From Myxococcota bacterium (GTDB lineage: Bacteria > Myxococcota_A > UBA9160 > PR03): DNA of 64,000 nt. The translations under genes were made by a program, and so were the position numbers. Positions 19,082 through 29,016 of this stretch are shown piece by piece. Position 1 is the first letter of the stretch; every line of letters starts with the position of its first letter. The DNA lies in contig JBFIML010000008.1 in the NCBI GenBank assembly GCA_041611735.1, positions 40,570-104,569 on the forward strand, read 5' to 3'. The notes beneath the pieces are model-generated. The model was given only the letters and a program-made list of their open reading frames with translations. It did no database searches and was not told where the DNA came from.

Positions 19082-20139
19082 TGCGCGAGGTCGCGGTCGT
19101 CGCCTTCGCCCAGGCGCCGAGTGTGCGTCGCGAGACGCGACGCAACGAGGTGGAGATCCTCCAGCCGGTGGTGCAGGAGGTGCTCGAGCGTGCGGAGCTC
19201 GCCCGCGACCAGATCGACTTCACCTGCTCGGGCAGCAGCGACTACCTGCAGGGCCAGCCCTTCTCCTTCGTGGGCGCCCTCGACGCGGTGGGCGCCTGGC
19301 CGCCCATCGTCGAGTCGCACGTGGAGATGGACGGCGCCTGGGCGCTGTACGAGGCGTGGGTCAAGCTCCAGACCGGCGAGGCGGACACGGCCCTCGTCTA
19401 CGCCTTCGGCAAGTCCTCCGCCGGCGACGTGGCCGAGGTGCTGGCGCTCCAGCTGGACCCCTACTGCGTGGCTCCGCTGTGGCCCGACGCGGTGAGCCTC
19501 GCCGCGCTCCAGGCCCGCGCCTGGCTCGAGCGCAGCGGGCGCAGCGAGCGCGACCTGGCAGCGGTCGCCGCCCGCAGCCGGCGCGACGCCCTCCGCAACC
19601 CGAACGCCCAGGTGGCCGGGGACTTCGAGGTGGAGAAGCTGCTGGCGGAGCCGTACCTGGTCGCCCCGCTCCGCAAGCACGACTGCCCGCCCATTTCGGA
19701 CGGCGCGGCGGCCGTGGTGCTGGCGGCCGACGAGCGGGCGCGTCGCCTGCACCGCCGCCCCGCCTGGATCCGCGGCATCGACCACCGCATCGATCCCCAG
19801 GCGCTCGGCTTGCGCGACCTCACCCGTTCCGCGTCGGCGGCGTTCGCCGCCGGGAAGGCCGGCGTGGCCGACCGCCCCGTGGAAGTGGCGGAGCTGCATG
19901 CCCCCTTCACCCATCAGGAGTGGATCCTGCGCGAGGCCCTGGGCCTCGGCGAGGACGTGCGGGTGAACCCTTCCGGCGGCGCGTTGGCGGCGAACCCGAT
20001 CATGGTGGCGGGTCTGCTCCGCATGGGCGAGGCGGCGCAGCGGCTGCTCGACGGGGAGGCGACCCGGGCCGTGGCCCATGCCACCTCGGGGCCTTGCCTG
20101 CAGCAGAACCTGGTCTGCGTGCTGGAGGCGAGCTCGTGA
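19081..20139 (+). CDS. Thiolase-like protein (Ltp4-like)
   Basis: CSGSSDYLQGQPFSFV, ESHVEMDGAWALYEAW and VNPSGGAL. Confidence 0.85.
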   Translation: MREVAVVAFAQAPSVRRETRRNEVEILQPVVQEVLERAELARDQIDFTCSGSSDYLQGQPFSFVGALDAVGAWPPIVESHVEMDGAWALYEAWVKLQTGEADTALVYAFGKSSAGDVAEVLALQLDPYCVAPLWPDAVSLAALQARAWLERSGRSERDLAAVAARSRRDALRNPNAQVAGDFEVEKLLAEPYLVAPLRKHDCPPISDGAAAVVLAADERARRLHRRPAWIRGIDHRIDPQALGLRDLTRSASAAFAAGKAGVADRPVEVAELHAPFTHQEWILREALGLGEDVRVNPSGGALAANPIMVAGLLRMGEAAQRLLDGEATRAVAHATSGPCLQQNLVCVLEASS

Positions 20140-21293
20140 GCCGTCCCTGCGCCGTCATCGGCATCGGGCAGACCCACCACGCCGCCCAGCGCACGGACCT
20201 GTCCCTGCCGGGACTGCTGCGCGAGGCCGCCCTGCGCGCCCTGGCGGACGCCGAGCTCTCCTGGGGCGACATGGACGCGGTCGTGATCGGCAAGGCCCCG
20301 GACATGTTCGAGGGCGTGATGATGCCCGAGCTGATTCTCGCCGAGGCCCTGGGCGCCGCGGGCAAGCCCGCCCTCCGCGTGCACACGGCGGGGAGCGTCG
20401 GAGGGTCCACGGCGATCGTGGCCGCCAGCCTGATCCAGGCGGGCGTGCACGAGCGCGTCCTCACGGTGGCCTTCGAGAAGCAGAGCGAGAGCAACGCCAT
20501 GTGGGCGCTCACGATCCGGACACCGCTGCAGCCGGCCCTGGTGGCCGGGGCGGGCGGCTACTTCTCGCCCCTGATCCGCGCCTACATGCGCCGCTCCGGG
20601 GCTCCCGAGGACACGGGGATCCGGGTGGCCCTGAAGGACCGCCTCAACGCCATGAAGAACCCCTACGCGCACCTGCGCGACCCGGACATCTGCTACCAGA
20701 CCGTGGCCAGCTCCCCGATGCTGTGGGATCCGATCCGCTTCCACGAGACCTGCCCGTCGTCGGACGGAGCCTGCGCCCTGGTGCTGGCCAGCCCCGACGC
20801 CGCCCGCCGCACCCCGCGGCCGCCTGCCTGGGTGCGGGCCACGGCCATGCGCAGCGAGCCCACCATGTTCGCGGGCCGCGACCAGGTGAACCCGCGCGCC
20901 GGGCGCGATTGCGCGGCGGATCTCTACCGCAAGGCGGGCATCCGCGACCCGCGGCGCGAGATCGACGTGGCGGAGATCTACGTGCCCTTCAGCTGGTTCG
21001 AGCCCATGTGGCTCGAGAACCTGGGCCTCGCGCCGGAGAACCAGGGCTGGCGGCCGGTGCTGGACGGCGTCACCGCCCTGGAGGGCGAGCTGCCCGTGAA
21101 CCCCTCCGGCGGCGTCCTCGCCAGCAACCCGATCGGGGCGTCGGGCATGCTGCGCTTCGCGGAGGCCGCGCTCCAGGTGCGCGGACAGGCCGGCGAGCAC
21201 CAGGTGGACGGCGCCCGACTGGCGCTCGGCCATGCGTACGGCGGCGGCTCCCAGTTCTTCGCCACGTGGATCGTCGCCGCGGAGCCCTCCTAG
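20136..21293 (+). CDS. Thiolase-like protein (Ltp3-like)
   Basis: GKAPDMFEGVMMPE, HTAGSVGGST, CPSSDGA and HAYGGGSQFF; GTGA overlap. Confidence 0.85.
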   Translation: MSRPCAVIGIGQTHHAAQRTDLSLPGLLREAALRALADAELSWGDMDAVVIGKAPDMFEGVMMPELILAEALGAAGKPALRVHTAGSVGGSTAIVAASLIQAGVHERVLTVAFEKQSESNAMWALTIRTPLQPALVAGAGGYFSPLIRAYMRRSGAPEDTGIRVALKDRLNAMKNPYAHLRDPDICYQTVASSPMLWDPIRFHETCPSSDGACALVLASPDAARRTPRPPAWVRATAMRSEPTMFAGRDQVNPRAGRDCAADLYRKAGIRDPRREIDVAEIYVPFSWFEPMWLENLGLAPENQGWRPVLDGVTALEGELPVNPSGGVLASNPIGASGMLRFAEAALQVRGQAGEHQVDGARLALGHAYGGGSQFFATWIVAAEPS

Positions 21294-21302
21294 GACGCGC
21301 CC

Positions 21303-22892
21303 ATGGAATGGAACCTCGCGGATCTCTTCGAATCGGTGGCGGACGCGGTCCCGGATCGCGTGGCGCTGGTGTGCGGCGAGCAGCGGCTCCGCTTCGCGGA
21401 GCTGGAGGCCCGGGCCAACCGCTGCGCCCACGCCCTGGCTGCCCGCGGCGTCGGGCCCGGCGCGCACGTGGGCCTCTACCTCCACAACGGCACCGAGTAC
21501 GTGGAGAGCATGCTCGCCTGTCTCAAGCTCCGGGCGGTGCCGGTCAACGTGAACTTCCGCTACGTGGAGGACGAGCTGCGCTACCTGCTGCAGGATTCCG
21601 GCGCGGTGGCGCTGGTGCACCAGCGCGGGCTGGGGCCGCGCGTGGCCTCGGTGGCCGACGGACTCCCCGCGCTGCGCGCGCGGCTCTCGGTGGAGGATGG
21701 CAGCGGAGCGACATCGGGCGACGCCACGGACTACGCGGCGGCCCTGGCCGCGGCCTCCCCGGAGCGGGAGTTCCCGCCGCGCTCGGGCGACGACCTCTAC
21801 GTGATCTACACCGGCGGCACCACCGGCATGCCGAAGGGTGTCATGTGGCGCCAGGAGGACCTCTTCTTCAGCGGCCTCTTCGGCGCGAACCCGGGCGGCC
21901 CGCCCGCCGAGCGACCGGAGCAGGTCGCGGAGCGCGCGCGCGAGAAGGCGCCGATGGCGATGATGTCCGCGGCGCCGCTGATCCACGGCGCGGCCCAGCT
22001 CGGCAGCTGGATCGCGCTGCTCCAGGGCTACGTCGCGGTGCTGGCACCCCGCTTCGATCCGCGCGAGATCTGGCGCACGGTGGAGGCCGAGCGGGTCCGC
22101 AGCCTCTCGATCGTGGGCGACGCCATGGCCCGCCCCCTGGCGGAAGCCCTGGAGGAGCCGGACTTCGCCTGCGACGCCTCCTCGCTGCTCGTGCTCTCCT
22201 CGGCCGGCGCGATCCTCTCCCCGGCGGTGCGCGAGCAGCTGAAGCGCCGGCTTCCCAAGCTCGGGCTCCTCGACAGCTTCGGCGCCTCCGAGACCGGAGC
22301 CCAGGGCATGGAGGCGGGCGCCCGCACCCCCGACGGCGGCATGCGCTTCCGCATGAACGAGAACACGGTGGTGCTGGACGACGATCTGCACCCGATCGAG
22401 CCGGGCTCCGGCCAGGTCGGCCGCCTGGCCCTGCGCGGCCGCGTTCCCCTTGGCTACCACCGAGACGCGGAGAAGACGGCCCGAACCTTCGTGAGCGTGG
22501 ACGGCGTGCGGCACGTGTTGCCGGGCGACCTCGCCCGGCCGGAGGCGGACGGGACCATCACCGTCTTCGGCCGCGGCTCCCAGTGCATCAACTCGGGGGG
22601 CGAGAAGATCTTCCCCGAAGAGGTGGAGGGGGTGCTCAAGTCGCATCCTGACGTCTTCGACGCCGTGGTGGTGGGCGTTCCCGACGCACGTTGGGGCGAG
22701 CGGGTCGCGGCCCTGGTGCAGCTGCGTCCGGGACGCCAGCCCGAGGCCGACGATCTCGCGGGCCACTGCCGCAAGCACCTGGCGGGCTACAAGGTGCCCC
22801 GCCAGGTGCGCTTCGTGGAGCACATGGAGCGCTCCCCGAGCGGGAAGCCCGACTACCCCTGGGCGAAGACGACCGCCCAGCGAGAGGAGTGA
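21303..22892 (+). CDS. Acyl-CoA synthetase, FadD19-like
   Basis: WNLADLFE, YTGGTTGMPKGVMWRQED, GRGSQCINSGGEK and RSPSGKPDY. Confidence 0.88.
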   Translation: MEWNLADLFESVADAVPDRVALVCGEQRLRFAELEARANRCAHALAARGVGPGAHVGLYLHNGTEYVESMLACLKLRAVPVNVNFRYVEDELRYLLQDSGAVALVHQRGLGPRVASVADGLPALRARLSVEDGSGATSGDATDYAAALAAASPEREFPPRSGDDLYVIYTGGTTGMPKGVMWRQEDLFFSGLFGANPGGPPAERPEQVAERAREKAPMAMMSAAPLIHGAAQLGSWIALLQGYVAVLAPRFDPREIWRTVEAERVRSLSIVGDAMARPLAEALEEPDFACDASSLLVLSSAGAILSPAVREQLKRRLPKLGLLDSFGASETGAQGMEAGARTPDGGMRFRMNENTVVLDDDLHPIEPGSGQVGRLALRGRVPLGYHRDAEKTARTFVSVDGVRHVLPGDLARPEADGTITVFGRGSQCINSGGEKIFPEEVEGVLKSHPDVFDAVVVGVPDARWGERVAALVQLRPGRQPEADDLAGHCRKHLAGYKVPRQVRFVEHMERSPSGKPDYPWAKTTAQREE

Positions 22893-22946
22893 GACGGATG
22901 GCCGAGATGCAAGCCGCCCCGGGCGGCGGCCGGCGAGCGTAGCCCC

Positions 22947-24491
22947 ATGAAGGGTTTCTGGAACTTCGCGCAGCAGGATCCCGGCAAGCTCGCCCTCGTG
23001 GACGCGGGAGGTCGCGCGTGGACCCGGGGCGAGCTGCTGGCCGAGTGCAACCGTTTGGTGCACGGCCTGCGCGGGCTCGGGCTCCAGCCGGGGGATTGCG
23101 TGGCGACGCTGCTCCCGAACGGCGCGCCGGCCATCGCCCTCTACCTGGCCGCCGCCCAGGCGGGCTGGTACCTGACCCCTGTCAACTGGCACCTGACGGC
23201 CCCGGAGATCGCCTACATCCTGGCGGACTGCGAGGCCCGGGCCTTCGTGGCCGACGAGCGCTTCGGCGCGGCGGCGCGGGCCGCGGCCGACGAGGCGGGC
23301 GTTCCAGCCGACCGTTGCTTCGCGGTGGGGGTCATCGAGGGCTTCCGTCCCTGGACGGAGCTCAGCGCCGGCCGCCCCGACACGCTTCCCGAGGAGCGCG
23401 CCGCCGGCTCGGTCATGAACTACACCTCTGGCACCACGGGGCGGCCCAAGGGCGTGCGTCGTGGCCTCGCGCCCCTCGACCCGGACACGGTCGCGACCCT
23501 GTACACGGGGCTGCTCGCCATGTTCGGGATCGAGCCCGAGCAGGACAACGTGCACCTGGTGGGCTCGCCCCTCTACCACACCGCGGTGCTCATGTTCGCT
23601 TCCGCGTCGTTGCACTTCGGCCACGCGCTCGTGGTCGTGGACCGCTGGACGCCGGAGGGCTGCCTCGAGCTCGTGGCGCGCCACCGGGCCACCACGACCC
23701 ACATGGTGCCGACCCAGTTCCACCGGCTGCTGGCGCTGCCGGACGCGGTGCGCGCCCGTCACGACGTCTCGTCCTGGCGGCACGTGATCCACGCCGCCGC
23801 GCCCTGTCCCGTGGAGGTGAAGCGCCGCATGCTCGAGTGGTGGGGTCCGGTGGTCTACGAGTACTATGCCGCCACCGAGGGCGGCGGCACCATCGTCCGG
23901 CCCGAGGAGTGGCTTCAGCGGCCTGGTACGGTGGGACGGGCCTGGCCGGGTGCGGAGATCCGCATCCTGGACGACGATGGCAAGGACTGCCCGCCCAACC
24001 AGCCGGGCACGGTCTACCTGAAGCTCGGCCAGGCCGACTTCGAGTACTACAAGGACGCGGAGAAGACGCGCCAGAACCGTCGCGAAGGTTTCTTCACGGT
24101 GGGCGACGTGGGCTACCTGGACGGGGACGGCTTCCTCTTCCTGTGCGACCGCAAGGCGGACATGATCATCGCCGGGGGCGTCAACATCTATCCCGCGGAG
24201 ATCGAGAGCGTCCTGCTCACCCACCCCCAGGTGGGTGATGCGGCGGTCTTCGGCATCCCGCACCCGGACTGGGGCGAGGAGGTCAAGGCCGTGATCGAGC
24301 CGGCGGCCGGTGTCGCGGCCGGCCCCTCGTTGGCGGAGGAGCTGGTCGCCTTCTGTGGGGACAAGCTGGCGCGCTACAAGATCCCACGCAGCATCGACTT
24401 CATCGACGACATGCCGCGCGACCCGAACGGGAAGCTGTACAAGCGCAAGCTGCGCGATCCCTACTGGAAGGGCCGCGAGCGGCAGATCTAG
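22947..24491 (+). CDS. Acyl-CoA synthetase (AMP-binding)
   Basis: YTSGTTGRPKG, YYAATEG, GDVGY and NGKLYKR. Confidence 0.92.
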   Translation: MKGFWNFAQQDPGKLALVDAGGRAWTRGELLAECNRLVHGLRGLGLQPGDCVATLLPNGAPAIALYLAAAQAGWYLTPVNWHLTAPEIAYILADCEARAFVADERFGAAARAAADEAGVPADRCFAVGVIEGFRPWTELSAGRPDTLPEERAAGSVMNYTSGTTGRPKGVRRGLAPLDPDTVATLYTGLLAMFGIEPEQDNVHLVGSPLYHTAVLMFASASLHFGHALVVVDRWTPEGCLELVARHRATTTHMVPTQFHRLLALPDAVRARHDVSSWRHVIHAAAPCPVEVKRRMLEWWGPVVYEYYAATEGGGTIVRPEEWLQRPGTVGRAWPGAEIRILDDDGKDCPPNQPGTVYLKLGQADFEYYKDAEKTRQNRREGFFTVGDVGYLDGDGFLFLCDRKADMIIAGGVNIYPAEIESVLLTHPQVGDAAVFGIPHPDWGEEVKAVIEPAAGVAAGPSLAEELVAFCGDKLARYKIPRSIDFIDDMPRDPNGKLYKRKLRDPYWKGRERQI

Positions 24492-24494
24492 CCG

Positions 24495-25634
24495 GTGGAC
24501 TTCGCCTTCAGCCAGGAGCAGGAGGCCTTCCGGGACGGGCTGCGGCGCTTCCTGGCCGAGCGCTGGCCGATCGGCGAGACACGGCGCCTGCTGGACGATG
24601 CCGAAGGCTTCGACCGCGGCGTGTGGAAGCAGATGGCGGCGGAGCTCGGGCTCCAGGGCCTGGCCATCCCCGAGGCGTGCGGAGGCCAGGGCTTCGGCTT
24701 CCTCGAGCTCGGCATCGCCCTGGAGGAGATGGGGCGGGCCCTGGCCGGCGGCCCCTTCTTCGCCACCGTGTGTCTGGCGGCCCGGGCCCTCGGCCACGGC
24801 GCCGACGAGGCCGCTCGCCGCGAGCTCCTGGCTCCCATCGCCGCGGGCGCCAGCGTGGCCACCCTGGCCCTGGCGGAGGCGGGGGGCCGCCCGGATCCCG
24901 ACGCGATCGCCACCCGGGCGGAGCGCGACGGCTCGGGCTGGCGGCTGCGCGGCGAGAAGGGCTTCGTCCCGGACGGTGCGGTGGCCGACCTGCTGCTGGT
25001 GGCGGCGCGCCGTCCCGGCACGCGCGGGGCCCGGGGCCTCTCGCTGTTTGCGGTCCGGGGCGACGCCGAGGGCGTGCGCGTGGAGCCGCTCCCGGTCCTC
25101 GATCCCACGCGCCGCCAGGCCCGTCTGGTCCTCGCCGACGCGCCGGCCCGACTGCTCGGCGAGGAGGGCGCCGCCTGGCCCGCCCTGGCCCGGACCCTGG
25201 ACGAGGCCCGGGTGGCGCTGGCCGCCGAGATGGTGGGAGGCGCCGCCCGCTGCCTGGAGACCGCCGTCGAGTACGCCGGGACCCGCTTGCAGTTCGCGCG
25301 GCCGATCGGCTCCTTCCAGGCCATCAAGCACAAGGCGGCGGAGGTGCTGCTCGAGCTCGAGTCGGCGCGCTCGGTCGCCTACTGGTCCTGGTGGGTGGCG
25401 GCGCAGGGGGGCGACGACGCGGGCGTTTTGGCCGAGGCGGCAAGCCTCGCCAAGGCGGCCGCGGCGGAGGCGTACCTGCGCGCCGCCGCCGAGAACCTGC
25501 ACGTACACGGGGGCATGGGCGTCACCTGGGAGCACGACGCCCACCTCCACGTGCGGCGCGCCTTCTGCTCGGACGTCTGGCTCGGTGATGCCCGCAGCCA
25601 CCACGTCCGTCTCGCGGAGCGACTCGGCCTCTGA
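24495..25634 (+). CDS. Acyl-CoA dehydrogenase family (short heteromer-type subunit)
   Basis: RLQFARPIGSFQAIKH and HGGMGVTWEHDAHL. Confidence 0.9.
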   Translation: MDFAFSQEQEAFRDGLRRFLAERWPIGETRRLLDDAEGFDRGVWKQMAAELGLQGLAIPEACGGQGFGFLELGIALEEMGRALAGGPFFATVCLAARALGHGADEAARRELLAPIAAGASVATLALAEAGGRPDPDAIATRAERDGSGWRLRGEKGFVPDGAVADLLLVAARRPGTRGARGLSLFAVRGDAEGVRVEPLPVLDPTRRQARLVLADAPARLLGEEGAAWPALARTLDEARVALAAEMVGGAARCLETAVEYAGTRLQFARPIGSFQAIKHKAAEVLLELESARSVAYWSWWVAAQGGDDAGVLAEAASLAKAAAAEAYLRAAAENLHVHGGMGVTWEHDAHLHVRRAFCSDVWLGDARSHHVRLAERLGL

Positions 25635-25699
25635 CGGTCCCGCCCCGTTGAGCCGGCCACCGCGCCGTGCTGCAATGGGGCCCGGGAGGGAGGCGCGGG

Positions 25700-26728
25700 A
25701 TGCGCGAGATCGCCGCCCGTCTCTTGCTGCTGGGGGGCGGCCTTCTGGTGGCCGTGCTCGGCACGGAGCTCGTGCTCCGGGTGGTCCACGGCCGAACCCG
25801 CCAGGAGCTGCTGGTCCCGTCCGGTCTGTTCCGCTGGGACCCGCGCCTCGGATGGGCCGGGCTTCCCGGTGCGGCCGGCGTATCGCACTACTTCGGCCAC
25901 CCGGTGCACTACACCATCAACTCCCACGGCCTGCGCGACGACGAGACGGCCTACGCGAAGCCAGCGGACGTGTTCCGCATGGTGGTCGTTGGAGATTCGG
26001 ACACGTTCGGCGAGGGCATCCCAGTCGAGAGACACTTCACGCGTCTGCTGGAGGGCTACTTCCGCAACCTGGAGGTGCTGAACCTGGGCGTCTCGGGCTA
26101 CGGCATCGACCAGGAGCTGCTGGCCCTCCAGCTCGAGGGCGTGCGCTATCAGCCGGACGTCGTGCTCGCTCTCGTGCTCCACTACGGGAGCCATCGTCAC
26201 ATGCACAGCGTCCGCTTCGGAAAGGCCAAGCCCCGCTTCGTCCGGGGCCCCGAGGGCCTGGTGCTCGTGAACTCACCGGTGCCCGACCCCTACGCGCCGG
26301 CCCCGGTCACGGACCGGAGCCTCCCGGCCCGGCTCGACCGCAAGCTGCGCCACCGCAGCCGTCTGTACGCGCGCTTCTTCCCGGGCCCGGCGGCCGCGCC
26401 CCCGCCCGCCGACCCGGAGCCGGACGCGGCCTTCGAGGCGGAGGTGCATGCCCTGGGACGCGAGATCTTCCGGGAGATGCAGGGCAGCGCGGCCGCCCAC
26501 GGGGCCCGCTTCCTGCTGATCACCAAGCAGCCGCGCATCGCCGCCTCGGTGGACGGGACGGGCATCCCGGTGCTCGACCTGCGCGCCGCCCTGGACAACC
26601 CCTTCTTCCACCTGGACGAGCCCGCCGGGCATCCCAACGAGGCGGCCAACGGGGTGATCGCCCGGGAGATCGCCCGCTTCCTCACGGAGCGGGCGTGGAT
26701 CCCGGCGGCGCACCGTCGGGGCGCCTGA
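25700..26728 (+). CDS. SGNH/GDSL hydrolase family protein with N-terminal membrane anchor
   Basis: INSHGLRD, GDSDTFG, NLGVSGYG and C-terminal GHPN. Confidence 0.8.
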   Translation: MREIAARLLLLGGGLLVAVLGTELVLRVVHGRTRQELLVPSGLFRWDPRLGWAGLPGAAGVSHYFGHPVHYTINSHGLRDDETAYAKPADVFRMVVVGDSDTFGEGIPVERHFTRLLEGYFRNLEVLNLGVSGYGIDQELLALQLEGVRYQPDVVLALVLHYGSHRHMHSVRFGKAKPRFVRGPEGLVLVNSPVPDPYAPAPVTDRSLPARLDRKLRHRSRLYARFFPGPAAAPPPADPEPDAAFEAEVHALGREIFREMQGSAAAHGARFLLITKQPRIAASVDGTGIPVLDLRAALDNPFFHLDEPAGHPNEAANGVIAREIARFLTERAWIPAAHRRGA

Positions 26729-26732
26729 GTCG

Positions 26733-28436
26733 CTACCAGCTTCCCCCGCCCCCGCCCCCGAAGCCGCCTCCGCTGGAGCCCCCGGAGAAGCCGCTGCCCC
26801 CCGAGCTGCGGGGGGTCGAGGCCAGGGTGCGCCCGATGCTGTTCAGGGACTGGCCCAGGTCGCCCACGAAGCGGCGCGGCGCGAAGCCGTCGGCGTAGCG
26901 GGCCGAGCGGTACCAGCGCGGCGGCTCCGTGTAGATGGAGGCGAAGGCGTCCGCCCACGCGTCCGCCACCCCGAGCACCACGGCGTAGGGCAGCACGCGC
27001 TCGAAGCGCTCCACGCTGCGGCCGCCCAGCCGCTCCAGGCGGTCGGCATCCACGCGCCGCACGAACTCCCGGAAGCCCGCGATCTCCTCGTAGACCTCCC
27101 GGCCCTTGCGCGTGCGGCGCGGCATGAACCGCGAGAAGGCCAGCACCACCCCGCCGCTGGCCGCCAGGGCCAGGGCTCCGCCCGGCGCCACGAGCCCCGA
27201 GAGGCCCAGCAGGGCCGCGGCCCCGAGCACGGCCACGCCGATTCCGGCCCAGGTCCTGCGCACGCGATCCGGTGAGACCGGGAAGTAGCCGCCCCGACGC
27301 GAGACCGCCCGGTAGAGCTCCTTGCGGATCCCGGGCAGATGCACGTGGAACTGGTTGCGCAGCGACGAGACCAGCAGCGTCTCGCCCCCGCCGAAGAGCG
27401 CCCCCAGGAGCCGGGACTCGTGGAGGCGCAGGTCCCCGGCAGGCATCGAGCGCCGCTGGAGCCGGTAGTCCCGGTCCGAGAGGAAGAGGAAGCGCGAGCT
27501 CTCGATCTCCTGGATCTCCAGGTGTCCGCGCACCGCGAGGTCCAGGATGGTGGCCGTCACGTCCTCGAGATCCGCGCGCTCGTCGGCCACCACCCCCACC
27601 TCCGCCGGCGTGAGGCCTTCGGGAGGCTCGTAGCGCACCGGGATCGCCTCGCGGCCCACGGGGTCCCGCCCCCGGGAGCGCCACAGCCGTGTCATGCCGG
27701 CCAGGGCGGCGAACGGGAGCAGCAGCCAGGCCCCGCCGTAGTCGCGCAGCGTGTCGAGCAGACGCGCCCAGGCCGCCGGCTCGCGGAGTACCCCCTTCGG
27801 AAGCCCCACCACCAGGGTGAGCCCTTCGCCCGGGGCGAAGCCGCCCTCGGCCTCGAAGCGCACCGCATCTCCGCGCCGTTCGGCCCGGCAGGCGGCGGCC
27901 CGGGAGCCCGCGGCCCCGGTGAAGCAGGCCAGCCGCGCGGTGGCCGCTGCGGCCGTCGCCGGGAGCCTCACCACCGCCCCCGCCCGCTCCATGGGCACCG
28001 GCCACCCGTTCCCCGTGGCGTTCCAGTACAGCTCGTCGTGGGCCTCCAGGTACTGGATGGCGCGTCCCACCCGGTAGCGCAGGCGGTAGTGCCGGAGACC
28101 CGTGACCGTGCGCCGCGGGTCCCCGATCCGGATGCGCAGCGAGGCGCCGGAGCGTGAGATCTGGTAGGGCTGCTCCGCTCCCTTGGCATCGGTCACGGCC
28201 TCGACCTCGAGACGCATGCGGCGGCGTCCCACCGCGTCGCGGCTATACAGCACCGGGATGTCCCGGAAGATCCCGTGGCGCTGGAGGGGGCCGAAGTCGT
28301 AGGCGATGGACTCGGTGACCAGGAAGCTGCCGTCCGGGTCCAGGGAGATCTCCACCTCGAAGGAGCGGATCCGCTCCGCCTGCGCCGGCGCCGCCAGGGC
28401 CAGCGCGAGCAGCGCGGCGCGGAGCGCCCGGCCCAC
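26733..28436 (-). CDS. DUF2207 domain membrane protein
   Basis: HGIFRDIP, ELYWNATG, LPYAVVLG and a terminal GGGFGGGGGGSW; adjacent to lemA. Confidence 0.9.
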   Translation of the reverse strand: MGRALRAALLALALAAPAQAERIRSFEVEISLDPDGSFLVTESIAYDFGPLQRHGIFRDIPVLYSRDAVGRRRMRLEVEAVTDAKGAEQPYQISRSGASLRIRIGDPRRTVTGLRHYRLRYRVGRAIQYLEAHDELYWNATGNGWPVPMERAGAVVRLPATAAAATARLACFTGAAGSRAAACRAERRGDAVRFEAEGGFAPGEGLTLVVGLPKGVLREPAAWARLLDTLRDYGGAWLLLPFAALAGMTRLWRSRGRDPVGREAIPVRYEPPEGLTPAEVGVVADERADLEDVTATILDLAVRGHLEIQEIESSRFLFLSDRDYRLQRRSMPAGDLRLHESRLLGALFGGGETLLVSSLRNQFHVHLPGIRKELYRAVSRRGGYFPVSPDRVRRTWAGIGVAVLGAAALLGLSGLVAPGGALALAASGGVVLAFSRFMPRRTRKGREVYEEIAGFREFVRRVDADRLERLGGRSVERFERVLPYAVVLGVADAWADAFASIYTEPPRWYRSARYADGFAPRRFVGDLGQSLNSIGRTLASTPRSSGGSGFSGGSSGGGFGGGGGGSW

Positions 28437-28437
28437 G

Positions 28438-28995
28438 TCAGCCGCCGAACGAGACCGCGGGGGCGCTGCGCTCGGCGGCCGAGTCCAGCTCGAAGTAGTC
28501 CTTGCGGGAGAAGCCGAAGCCGGAGGCCACCAGGTTGCTGGGGAAGGACTCGCACAGGGTGTTGAGGTCCCGCACCACCGCGTTGTAGTAGCGCCGGGCG
28601 TTCTGGATCGCGTCCTCCAGGTTCGAGAGGTCCTGCTGGAGCGAGAGGAAGTTCTGGTTGGCCTTGAGCTCCGGATACGCCTCCGCCACGGCGAACAGGC
28701 TCTTCAGGGCCCCGGTCAGTGCTCCCTCGGCGACGGCCTTGTCCCCGGGACCGCTGGCCTGCATGGCCCGGGTGCGGGCCTCGGTGACCTTCTGGAAGGT
28801 GGCGGCTTCGTGTCGCGCGTAGCCCTTCACCGTCTCCACCAGGTTCGGAATCAGCTCGTAGCGCCGTTTGAGCTGCACGTCGATGTCGCTCCAGGCGCTC
28901 TCGCTCGAGTTGCGCAGCCGAACCAGCCGGTTGTAGAGCACGACGACGTAGCCGGCGACCGCGCCCACCAGCAGCAGGACGATCCAGAATCCCAT
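28438..28995 (-). CDS. lemA: LemA family protein
   Basis: YNRLV, WSDIDVQLKRR, EAYPELKANQNF and RRYYN. Confidence 0.95.
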   Translation of the reverse strand: MGFWIVLLLVGAVAGYVVVLYNRLVRLRNSSESAWSDIDVQLKRRYELIPNLVETVKGYARHEAATFQKVTEARTRAMQASGPGDKAVAEGALTGALKSLFAVAEAYPELKANQNFLSLQQDLSNLEDAIQNARRYYNAVVRDLNTLCESFPSNLVASGFGFSRKDYFELDSAAERSAPAVSFGG

Positions 28996-29016
28996 GGAAT
29001 CCTCCCGAGCCACGAC

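Noticed and set aside
19914-25604. 1896-aa minus-strand ORF and other long antisense ORFs (e.g. 3323..6388, 12542..15313, 30157..32823)
   Set aside because: They mirror well-supported genes on the opposite strand and have no motifs. Such shadow ORFs are expected in very GC-rich DNA.
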